DNA of 32,000 nucleotides from Candidatus Nitrospira inopinata (GCF_001458695.1 NZ_LN885086.1:3000001-3032000); one strand, 5' to 3'; numbered from the stretch's first letter, positions 9,023-16,346 are shown. The notes: a model not told the origin generated them from the letters alone. Made by a program: numbers and translations.

Positions 9023-9832
9023 CTATCGTCCCTGTACAAAGGTCGCATTGCTGCCTTCGACGGCGACACAACGCATACCGGATCGCACCAATAGCTTGAT
9101 GTGCTCGTTGATTCGCTCAGGAGCCTTGTCATCCAGAGGGGTATGGGCCTCGTCGAATTCAACGAGTAAGAGCCTGGGCAAAGACTCTGACACCGCCAGG
9201 TCCTCGATGACCCCGTACTCCGCGCCTTCGATATCGATCTTCAACAGATCGATCGCGCGATCTCCCTGCTGACGCATGATGCTCGAAAGACGAACGCAGG
9301 GCGCGGTAAAGTATCGATCGGTTTTCTGTAAATTGACGACGGAGCAGGACACATGGGCCGGGTTCCGAGGCAAATAGAATCTCATCTCGGCGTCTTGATT
9401 GGCCAACCCGACCGGGAGAAAGGACAGCCGGCCCAGATGCGCCTCGGTGATGGAGTAGAAATCGCTCCGGCTGTTGTTCACGGGAAATCGTTCCCCGGAC
9501 CGTACGGCCCGCTCCAGATCCCGGAAGTGCTGCAGGGCCCTCGGTGTCGGATCGATAATCCGCACACGACAGCCGAAATATTCGACCAACTCACATTCAA
9601 AACTGATATCTTCTCCGGCGCCTGCGCAATAACAGAGGCTGTCGACGGTGAGGCTGTGATCCTTTGGAATGATCCACCCCCCATACACCGTTCCGAGCCG
9701 CAACAGCTCCCCGGGAGGTAGGATTCTGGCATGGTCCACATATGGCAGCAATGGCGATACCCGCCCTCCTCGGCCTCCGGCCAGACCGCGCAACACCCCT
9801 ACGGCTTGTTGAAGCATCTGTTTGATAATCAT
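9023..9832 (-). CDS. FkbM-family SAM-dependent methyltransferase
   Basis: The ORF-track entry 9023..10024 is over-extended. ATG 9832 (MIIKQMLQ...) has AAGAGGA 9 nt upstream. The hallmark IDLLKIDIEGAEYGVI is present near the C-terminus. Confidence 0.8.
   Translation of the reverse strand: MIIKQMLQQAVGVLRGLAGGRGGRVSPLLPYVDHARILPPGELLRLGTVYGGWIIPKDHSLTVDSLCYCAGAGEDISFECELVEYFGCRVRIIDPTPRALQHFRDLERAVRSGERFPVNNSRSDFYSITEAHLGRLSFLPVGLANQDAEMRFYLPRNPAHVSCSVVNLQKTDRYFTAPCVRLSSIMRQQGDRAIDLLKIDIEGAEYGVIEDLAVSESLPRLLLVEFDEAHTPLDDKAPERINEHIKLLVRSGMRCVAVEGSNATFVQGR
9036..9067. repeat. 32-nt block, copy L (inside the intact fkbM 3' end)
   Basis: acaaaggtcgcattgcTgccttcgacggcgac is identical to 15594-15625 except for one T/C. 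Confidence 0.9.
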
Positions 9833-9863
9833 TGTCACTGATCCTCTTTGCCCGGCTATCCCA

Positions 9864-10142
9864 TCAACCGACGCAGAATACGCGAGCGCTTCGGCGGGAC
9901 AAATGCATTGTAAAAGCAGCGGGCAATCCTCTCGTCGATATGCCCCCCGGAGAGCATGATCGCGGCATCCACCCTTCATCGCAGGAAGCGTGTTCCCGCC
10001 TGAGATCGGCGCCGCAATGCACACCGGAACGGTCGAGTCCGATATTTACTACCAAGGTCTTCGTGGGATAAATACAGTGCATGTTATGGGCATGGTGGGC
10101 ATAACAGAACCGGATCGTCCAGGAGTGGTGGCATCCTGCTGT
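9864..10142 (-). pseudogene. 3' fragment of a second GT-A glycosyltransferase, paralogous to 7025..7942
   Basis: Reading frame bounded by TAA 10143-10145. SWTIRFCYAHHAHNMHCIYPTKTLVVNIGLDRSGVHCG (about 10011-10124) aligns almost without gaps to SWAIRWYLSVFMKRGLALFPPRSFVRNIGFAGGTHGS of the intact gene (SW.IR, P, V.NIG, G.H conserved). About 220 N-terminal codons are missing. Confidence 0.5.
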
Positions 10143-10170
10143 TTACAGACATCGCCCCCAGCCGACTCGA

Positions 10171-11091
10171 CTACCGTTTTTTGAACTGAACAACCAGACA
10201 ATCTTTTTCCCGATAGGGTACTTCAATGAGCCGCAAGAAACACATCAGGAGGTACCTGACGGGCGCCGCATCCAGCCAAGTCCGTTGCCAATCCAATTGA
10301 GATGCTGTCGGATAAAGAACCGCTTTAAGATTGAGGCGAAACCAGGATTCTGGCGTGCGGCTCCAGGTGTTGACCATCTCGAACCCGTGCTGTTTTGCCA
10401 ATGCTTCCAAAGCGCCGGCCGTGTAGTGAAACAGGTGAAAGGGCGCAAACCATCCACTGATCCAGTTGTCTTTGAATACCTTCCGCCACACGCTGGCCGC
10501 GTTTGGCACCGCCAGATACAGCATCCCGCCAGCTTTCAAAACCCTCGTGAGTTCGCACAAAAACCCGTGGGGGTCAGGAAGGTGTTCAAAGACTTGCATG
10601 AGATAAACAACGTCGAATTCTCCATCGGGAAAAGGAATTCTCGACAAGCTTTCAACTTGCCGTACATCGTATCCATGACTTCGGCATGCCGCCACTACAT
10701 ATGCGGCAATTTCTGCTCCTGATATGGCTATTCCCCGATGATGAAAATCTCTCAAGTAGCCGACATTGCCACAACCGTAATCCAATACACGTGCTCCCGC
10801 TGGGACCTGCACAAAATCACGCGGATCCACATCGCCACTGAACCAGTGAAACAGTTTCCGCAGCTTTGGATAGCGCGACCCTGTTTTTCTGGACAGGTCG
10901 ACTTTCTGGTCTTTGGAGTACACACTGTAGTAGGCGATCAGTTGCTCATCCGTAGGCAACGGCACCATGGAAAGAATCCCGCATCGCTCGCACTCAGCCA
11001 CTTGCCATACTCCTGGCAGGCCCTTTCTTCTGTCACATAGGTCATACCTTGTAGCCCCATCCGAGAATTTATCACCGCAAACTCGGCACAT
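10171..11091 (-). CDS. Class I SAM-dependent methyltransferase with an N-terminal Cys4 zinc ribbon
   Basis: MCRVCGDKF...CERCG ribbon, motif I VLDYGCGNVGYL, and post-I/II LMQVFEHLPDP...LKAGGMLYL. ATG at 11091. Confidence 0.8.
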   Translation of the reverse strand: MCRVCGDKFSDGATRYDLCDRRKGLPGVWQVAECERCGILSMVPLPTDEQLIAYYSVYSKDQKVDLSRKTGSRYPKLRKLFHWFSGDVDPRDFVQVPAGARVLDYGCGNVGYLRDFHHRGIAISGAEIAAYVVAACRSHGYDVRQVESLSRIPFPDGEFDVVYLMQVFEHLPDPHGFLCELTRVLKAGGMLYLAVPNAASVWRKVFKDNWISGWFAPFHLFHYTAGALEALAKQHGFEMVNTWSRTPESWFRLNLKAVLYPTASQLDWQRTWLDAAPVRYLLMCFLRLIEVPYREKDCLVVQFKKR

Positions 11092-11316
11092 GGATTTGTT
11101 CCGACCGCTCCTAGGTCAATTGAGACAATGGCCATCAGCCCCATCTTCGAAATCCAGGTGGGATCTTGCCAGAATAATATGTCTATTCAATCAGTGTGAC
11201 ATCAAACTTTCGGCGACACTCCTATTCCGTCACGAATGAGTCGACTGGTAGTCTTCTCAAAAGTCAATCATACGTGAGTCACTTTGGAATGATGGGAATA
11301 ACCACCGCTGAAAGCA

Positions 11317-12186
11317 TTATTCCTTTGCCAGCACAATCAAGACGTGATCGGGGGACCATGAAGGCATCCCGTTGTATTTTTTCATGGTTACGATTCGTTT
11401 CATACAGCTCAAGACTTTCCTGTAAAAAGGAAATTGGTACGCGACAGATGCGTAGGTGGGAATCCACCGCTCGATTTTGAAATTTGACAACCCTTCAAAA
11501 AACTTTCGGGATGGGAACGCTATGTGCTCAGGATAGCCCACATACCACCAACGCGTTTGTGTACTCCGAGAGCTTTGGCAGTCAATATCACCGGTGAGAA
11601 GCACGAGCCGGCCTCCAGGCTTAAGCCGGCGATAACATTCATCAAAGAACCTTCGCATCTCATACAGATGTTCTATCACGTCAAAAGCCGTGATAATGTC
11701 AAACTCCTTGGCTCCCAACTGCTCAAATGAGGAAAACCACGTATGCCCTTTTAACTCAAGACGCTCTTTTGTTGTTATTGAATAGTCAATCCCGGTCGTT
11801 ATGCATCCTCTCTCTCTGGAAAAATCAAGAAGATTCCCCTCCCCACACCCGACATCCAGATGCTGCCTGCCGTTCTGGCACAGGCGGGATAGCTCGGCAA
11901 TAATTTCATGCGGCTTATGGCATTCGAACACCGCCGTAGACCAACGACTGGTACTGTCTCCCTCGGCATAGAGTTTTCGCGCAAGCTCCTCAGGCAGCAC
12001 ATTTTGCACAAACGCCGACCCACAGCCGTTGCATTTCCAAAGTTCCGGCACCCTTTCTACCCGTACCTCCACTGAAGAAAACAAAACCGGTTGACCATAG
12101 GAAATAACCCCGATTTTCACTATGGTCGAGGCACCGCACAGCGGACAGACGGCGTATCGGAGCTCATTCGGAAAACTGATTGGCAC
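11317..12186 (-). CDS. Class I SAM-dependent methyltransferase with an N-terminal Cys4 zinc ribbon
   Basis: CPLCGAS...CNGCGS ribbon, motif I HLDVGCGEGNLL, then AFDVIEHLYE...LKPGGRLVL. GTG start at 12186, 11 nt after the upstream stop. Confidence 0.8.
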   Translation of the reverse strand: MPISFPNELRYAVCPLCGASTIVKIGVISYGQPVLFSSVEVRVERVPELWKCNGCGSAFVQNVLPEELARKLYAEGDSTSRWSTAVFECHKPHEIIAELSRLCQNGRQHLDVGCGEGNLLDFSRERGCITTGIDYSITTKERLELKGHTWFSSFEQLGAKEFDIITAFDVIEHLYEMRRFFDECYRRLKPGGRLVLLTGDIDCQSSRSTQTRWWYVGYPEHIAFPSRKFFEGLSNFKIERWIPTYASVAYQFPFYRKVLSCMKRIVTMKKYNGMPSWSPDHVLIVLAKE

Positions 12187-12197
12187 GTGTTCGCAGA

Positions 12198-13679
12198 TCA
12201 GTGCTTTGTGGCGAAAATTATGACGCGAGGGGACGGAAACGACTCGTGCATTTCAATCTTAGGAAAGTGCCGAGCGAGAGCTGCCTTAAAATTATCCAAA
12301 TTGTACCAACCAAAATCTTCTGTGTACCAAGACCGAACATGCGCATCTTCTTTGGGAACGAATTCCACAATGAGATACTTTTCTGAATATGAATCAAAAA
12401 CTTTCGCAATGTGAGCGAAAGACATTCTAGTGGTCTTAAACACAAGATGATGAACAAGCGCCAAGCACATTACTAGTTCTGAGCGTAGTCTTTCCACGAC
12501 CGATGGGAAGGGAATCTCTTGGAAACCAATCGCTTGAGCAGGAGCAACGGCATTGACATAAAGCGGCAGCGCGCCCGTTTTAAGACGTTTAGAATCCAAA
12601 TACATGTCATCCAGAGCTCGCTCATCGATATCGACACCAACAACTCGCGAACCCTGCAATGCAGCAACCTGACAGTACAAGCCTCGATTACACCCCAAGT
12701 CAAGAACTGACTTTGGCTTGATAGCTTGCAGAAGACGGCTGATGAGCATGTGTTTGGGGGTTGCTTCCCGAATACGGGTCAAGACATCCGCGCTCCCATC
12801 ATAAACCGGCAATTCATTTTTTCCGGAATAATAGTCTGACCATTGGGTGATAGCTGGACGGAGATCCAATGATTCAATCTTGTCAAGCATGTCGGTAACA
12901 TTTGAGACGTCATCATTTTTTTCCAAGGCGCTCGAAATTCCAATTGCTACCCCTCTAGCTTTCTTCAGCATATTTTTTGCGTTCGGGGAAATCCTGACAG
13001 ACAAGTATTCCAAGAACCCACGACCCATCTTTTTCACGTGTTCGCGCACCTGCAAAGTACGAATGGGCCCTTTCGTTAACGTTTGAACCATCAGCGGATC
13101 CGGATAGGACAAAATTTCGCGCAGCAAACTCCGCGCCGTTGTTGGGAAACCTGACCGCATGATCAACAAGGGATTGAGGCAATAATGTGAAAACTGCTCT
13201 TTCGCGCGCCACTTGTTACCGGGCAGGGCTTTAATTATTGACGTAAAATCAACGAATCGCGGTGTAATTCCATCAAAAAGAACGTTCCAGAGGTGCGCAT
13301 CGTGCGTACATAGACCGCCTTTTAGCAACTCAATGTTCAATTTCAGTATGGTTACTGCCGCGTCTCTATACATGCTTGGTGTCCATTCGAACGGATAGGT
13401 GACAACCGGTAACACTGGATGCTCCAGCACGAGCTCATGCCCCTTGAGTTTTTTATCGGACACTCGAGTATCAATCAGAATCCCGTCATTCATAAGTTTG
13501 GCGATTATCGGATTCTCCAGCAGTGATCCATAAAAATCAGTCCATCCAGGCTTGATCGCACGGATAATTTTATCGCCAGCTCTATACAAAACAGCATGCT
13601 GATCTATTCCCATACCTATGGGGATTAGACCTTCCGTTTCTGAAGAGATCGTCGTCAGAGATGCTTGACCGCTTTGCAC
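12198..13679 (-). CDS. Two-domain protein: N-terminal protein-kinase-like-fold domain plus C-terminal class I SAM methyltransferase (NoeA-like layout)
   Basis: C-terminal domain: VLDLGCNRGLYCQVAALQGSRVVGVDID. N-terminal domain: IIRAIKPG, CTHDAHLWNV (H-D-x4-N) and PRFVDFTS. GTG 13679 has AGAGGG just upstream; an ATG alternative lies at 13613. Confidence 0.75.
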   Translation of the reverse strand: MQSGQASLTTISSETEGLIPIGMGIDQHAVLYRAGDKIIRAIKPGWTDFYGSLLENPIIAKLMNDGILIDTRVSDKKLKGHELVLEHPVLPVVTYPFEWTPSMYRDAAVTILKLNIELLKGGLCTHDAHLWNVLFDGITPRFVDFTSIIKALPGNKWRAKEQFSHYCLNPLLIMRSGFPTTARSLLREILSYPDPLMVQTLTKGPIRTLQVREHVKKMGRGFLEYLSVRISPNAKNMLKKARGVAIGISSALEKNDDVSNVTDMLDKIESLDLRPAITQWSDYYSGKNELPVYDGSADVLTRIREATPKHMLISRLLQAIKPKSVLDLGCNRGLYCQVAALQGSRVVGVDIDERALDDMYLDSKRLKTGALPLYVNAVAPAQAIGFQEIPFPSVVERLRSELVMCLALVHHLVFKTTRMSFAHIAKVFDSYSEKYLIVEFVPKEDAHVRSWYTEDFGWYNLDNFKAALARHFPKIEMHESFPSPRVIIFATKH

Positions 13680-14062
13680 AAACCCTCTGCTTATTTATTA
13701 TGCTTGCTCGTCTTCGTAGAATTCACTCGTGAATCAATCCTACAAAGCCTCTAGGATTTCTGTGCCTTAAATTTCTGGTGTCGTCCGACAGGTTCATTCG
13801 GCCGCTTTGCCAACCAAAGAGGATGAACATAACCGCCTTTGACTAGCTTTTCCGGCTAGAACAAAGAGCGAATCTTGACACATCGAAGTGCTTGGACATC
13901 TTTCGCACAACACGATGTTTGGGTCACCGTTAGAATCATCGAGCAGCGCATTCGCTCGCTCAAGCCCAACGGATATTGCTCTTGCATTGAGAACGCACGT
14001 CGAAATGCATTTCTGAGAAGTGTCCGTTTGCTCTTCATGACTTACCAATAGCTCACGCCGGC

Positions 14063-15514
14063 TCAACTCTTCGCGTGTCTCGCTCTCATGCCAGTTAAGA
14101 CCAAACTCTCGTTCAACAACTCTGCGCAGAACATCCGACAAGTTAGCAGATAAATGCCGCTGCCGACAGCGCTCGCCACTATCAGTTTGATAATCGGCAG
14201 CGTCTGCACCGTGTCGGCAACAAAGTACAGCACTATCGCCATTGGAATAACGGTCGCAAAATTTATGGCCAGATCGCGTAATTGGTCGAGGCTCCCATAG
14301 GATAACAGGATCTTCATATGATATGAGTTTAAATAATAAGTAGTGACTGAGACCGCGACTTGAGCCCACGCAATAGCCATGACTCCATGATAACTAGCCC
14401 CAAGCGTCATAAGAATTGCTATCCCTTTCTTCAGGACCTCGATCCTCAATCTTAAATCAGCATGTCCTTGCGCTCTCAGGAGATTGAGGTTAAGTATGCT
14501 CAGTGGCCACAAGATCCCACTCAACCCCAACACTTGTAACATGGGCACACATGCAAGCCATTGTTCACCGAACAAGGCATGCACCAGCGGCTCGGCAAGA
14601 ACAATGATGCTGACCGTGATCGGCATATTGATAAGCATGACAACCGCCTGCGCCCGTCGCAGTCCTCTAACAAGGCGGGTTTTATCCTCGGCTACCGACG
14701 CGAATGAGGAATACATCACCCGCTGAATAACTCCCGCCATCATCGTTACTGGGACAAGCTGTGTATTTCTTGCTCTGCTGAATAATCCTACATCGCGCAC
14801 GGAGTAGAGTTTGCCGATTAGTATCGAGTACAAATTGGTATAAAAGACATCCAACAAGGTCGATGCCATTTCGTAGCCGCCGAAGCGAAACAATGACTGC
14901 AATGATGCAGCGCTGAAATTCCAAGTTGGACGCCACGGATGCCATGCCCACAGCAAGACAACGGTGATGATGCTCGAAGCGACGGTATGACCGACAAGGC
15001 TCCACACGCCATAGCCCTGAGCGGCCATATATAGGGCTAATGAGCCAGCCACAACGGAACTGACCCCGCCTACTTTGGCCAAGATTTTGAAATTCATTTC
15101 TTTCGTTAGCAATGCAGTATGGATAGATCCAACGGCTCCTACAGCCAGAGAAAACGCCATGACAGATGATAAGTCGACGAGTACAGGCAGATCGAAGAAT
15201 GAAGCGATCCACGGCGATGCTGCATACAACACCACTCCTGAAAACCCTCCCATACCAACATTGAAAAAGAATACGGTGGACTCATCCACATGGGATGTAC
15301 CCTGTCGTTGGATCAATGCAGAACTCAACCCTCCATCAATAAGAACCACCGCCACTCCGGTGAACAAGGTCAGCAAAGCAACAATACCAAAATCATCTGG
15401 AGCCAATAGCCGAGCCAGCACCATGGATATGCCGAACTGCACGCCTTGGCGTATAAATACATCGACGGTACTCCATTTAGCCGCAGTCGCCGTTTTATCA
15501 ACTAACGATGTCAT
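14063..15514 (-). CDS. wzx: Wzx-type O-unit/polysaccharide flippase (MOP superfamily)
   Basis: 483 aa with about 12-14 TM segments. The N-terminus, KWSTVDVFIRQGVQFGISMVLARLLAPDDFGIVALL, is typical of the Polysacc_synt family. ATG at 15514. Confidence 0.85.
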   Translation of the reverse strand: MTSLVDKTATAAKWSTVDVFIRQGVQFGISMVLARLLAPDDFGIVALLTLFTGVAVVLIDGGLSSALIQRQGTSHVDESTVFFFNVGMGGFSGVVLYAASPWIASFFDLPVLVDLSSVMAFSLAVGAVGSIHTALLTKEMNFKILAKVGGVSSVVAGSLALYMAAQGYGVWSLVGHTVASSIITVVLLWAWHPWRPTWNFSAASLQSLFRFGGYEMASTLLDVFYTNLYSILIGKLYSVRDVGLFSRARNTQLVPVTMMAGVIQRVMYSSFASVAEDKTRLVRGLRRAQAVVMLINMPITVSIIVLAEPLVHALFGEQWLACVPMLQVLGLSGILWPLSILNLNLLRAQGHADLRLRIEVLKKGIAILMTLGASYHGVMAIAWAQVAVSVTTYYLNSYHMKILLSYGSLDQLRDLAINFATVIPMAIVLYFVADTVQTLPIIKLIVASAVGSGIYLLTCRMFCAELLNESLVLTGMRARHAKS

Positions 15515-15580
15515 GATTGAAATGATCTACCATTGTCATGAAGCATGGCCGCGGCCTGTGGAGTGATCCGGAGAGAGAGC

Positions 15581-15628
15581 TTAGAGTGCCTTGACAAAGG
15601 TCGCATTGCCGCCTTCGACGGCGACGAC
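15581..15628 (-). pseudogene. Isolated 3' tail (last ~15 codons plus stop) of a second fkbM-type gene
   Basis: Reads ..VVAVEGGNATFVKAL* against ..RCVAVEGSNATFVQGR* for the intact fkbM. 32 nt (15594-15625) are 31/32 identical to 9036-9067, at the same 13-nt offset from the stop. An in-frame TGA lies 22 codons upstream (15650-15652), and there is no similarity beyond about 15628. Confidence 0.6.
15594..15625. repeat. 32-nt block, copy R (inside the fkbM tail fragment)
   Basis: acaaaggtcgcattgcCgccttcgacggcgac. See copy L. Confidence 0.9.
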
Positions 15629-15641
15629 GGCCTCAAAATGA

Positions 15642-15785
15642 TCAAGAGATCAACATCGGAGTTATGGCCATGGTCCCTGTCCCCACCGACCCATATAGCA
15701 CCACCGACACCAACCGATCCCCATACACCTGCCTGACAGCGGCAACCGCTCGATCGATCAGAGAAGCAAACGTTTCCGCCAGCAT
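15642..15785 (-). pseudogene. Minimal nucleotidyltransferase (MNT-type antitoxin) 5' fragment, frameshifted and truncated
   Basis: From ATG 15785: MLAETFASLIDRAVAAVRQVYGDRLVSVVLYGSVGTGTMAITPMLIS*. Shifting one frame after GSVGTGTMA gives HNSDVDLLIIL. Together these restore the GS-x10-D-x-D(LL) nucleotidyltransferase signature. The frame then runs into the fkbM tail. Confidence 0.6.
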
Positions 15786-15845
15786 CGTACCTCACACTTC
15801 CGATTCTGTTCCGCCCGCCATGACCGTTCGCCAATCAAATGGTTG

Positions 15846-15969
15846 TCATTCGAACCGTTCCGCCCGATCGAACGTGACACCCTGCCGATCCTTTGAGGAC
15901 AGTATCGGCGCTCCCTCCAACGGCCATGTGATCCCGACCGTCGGATCGTTCCAGATCAGGCACCGCTCG
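15846..15969 (-). pseudogene. 3'-terminal 124 nt of a second rfbC (dTDP-4-dehydrorhamnose 3,5-epimerase) allele
   Basis: Ungapped alignment to 16799-16922 gives 115/124 identical by my count. It encodes ERCLIWNDPTVGITWPLEGAPILSSKDRQGVTFDRAERFE*. Nothing upstream of it resembles rfbC. Confidence 0.85.
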
Positions 15970-16055
15970 GTCGACAAGGGAAAAGCAATTCGGCCATCGG
16001 CGTTCGAGTCACATTGTTGCCACAGATGGCGATGGATCATACATAACCCGCGTAA

Positions 16056-16085
16056 TTGACACCCATATAAATCAACCTCTATGAT
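16056..16085 (+). promoter_or_regulatory. Candidate sigma70 promoter of vapBC, with an overlapping operator-like inverted repeat
   Basis: TTGACA (16056-16061), an 18-nt spacer, then TATGAT (16080-16085), 40 nt upstream of the vapB ATG. The inverted repeat TATAG-N5-CTATA (16085-16099) overlaps the -10/+1 region. GGGGGAA lies upstream of the ATG. Confidence 0.5.
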
Positions 16086-16124
16086 ATAGCCATTCTATAG
16101 GACGCAATACGGGGGAACAGTATT

Positions 16125-16346
16125 ATGAAGACCACCATCGAAATCGACCAGCGCTTGTTGAGACAGGCCCAGAAGACTTTGGGGACAGAGACTATTAAAG
16201 GAACGGTGGAAGCGAGCCTGCGCAGCGTCATTCAGCGGGGTCAGTTACAGAAATTGGCTGATGCGCTTGGCACCATTCCCCTTGATCTCACACCTGAGAG
16301 GCTTCGCTCTCATCGTCATAAACGGACCCCTCATGTATCTGGTTGA
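16125..16346 (+). CDS. vapB: Type II antitoxin (VapB-type)
   Basis: 73 aa. MKTTIEIDQRLLRQAQKTLGTETIKGTVEASLRSVI is typical of the short antitoxins paired with PIN toxins. It overlaps the toxin start by 14 nt. Confidence 0.75.
   Translation: MKTTIEIDQRLLRQAQKTLGTETIKGTVEASLRSVIQRGQLQKLADALGTIPLDLTPERLRSHRHKRTPHVSG

Larger units (their letters stand above)
10143..15580. other. Low-GC compositional island (wzx plus three methyltransferases), probably horizontally acquired
   Basis: Hand counts of single 60-nt lines inside the island give about 40-47% GC (lines 10171, 11701, 12241, 13501, 14401). Lines outside give about 57-68% (lines 9301, 18601, 27301). Truncated genes sit on both flanks. Confidence 0.7.

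Noticed and set aside
13794-14369. 191-aa minus-strand ORF
   Set aside because: Its upstream two-thirds overlap the wzx C-terminus in another frame. Only the part downstream of the wzx stop is unexplained, and that is covered in the finding on the 383-bp gap.
15511-15834. 107-aa minus-strand ORF ending in an ATGA overlap with the wzx start, which looked like a coupled small gene
   Set aside because: Its G/R/S-rich sequence is not protein-like. It is better explained as a read-through frame across an MNT fragment and the fkbM tail (see findings). I first read DVDLLII as the FkbM IDLLKID motif, then rejected that when the upstream frame gave LYGSVGTG, an MNT signature.
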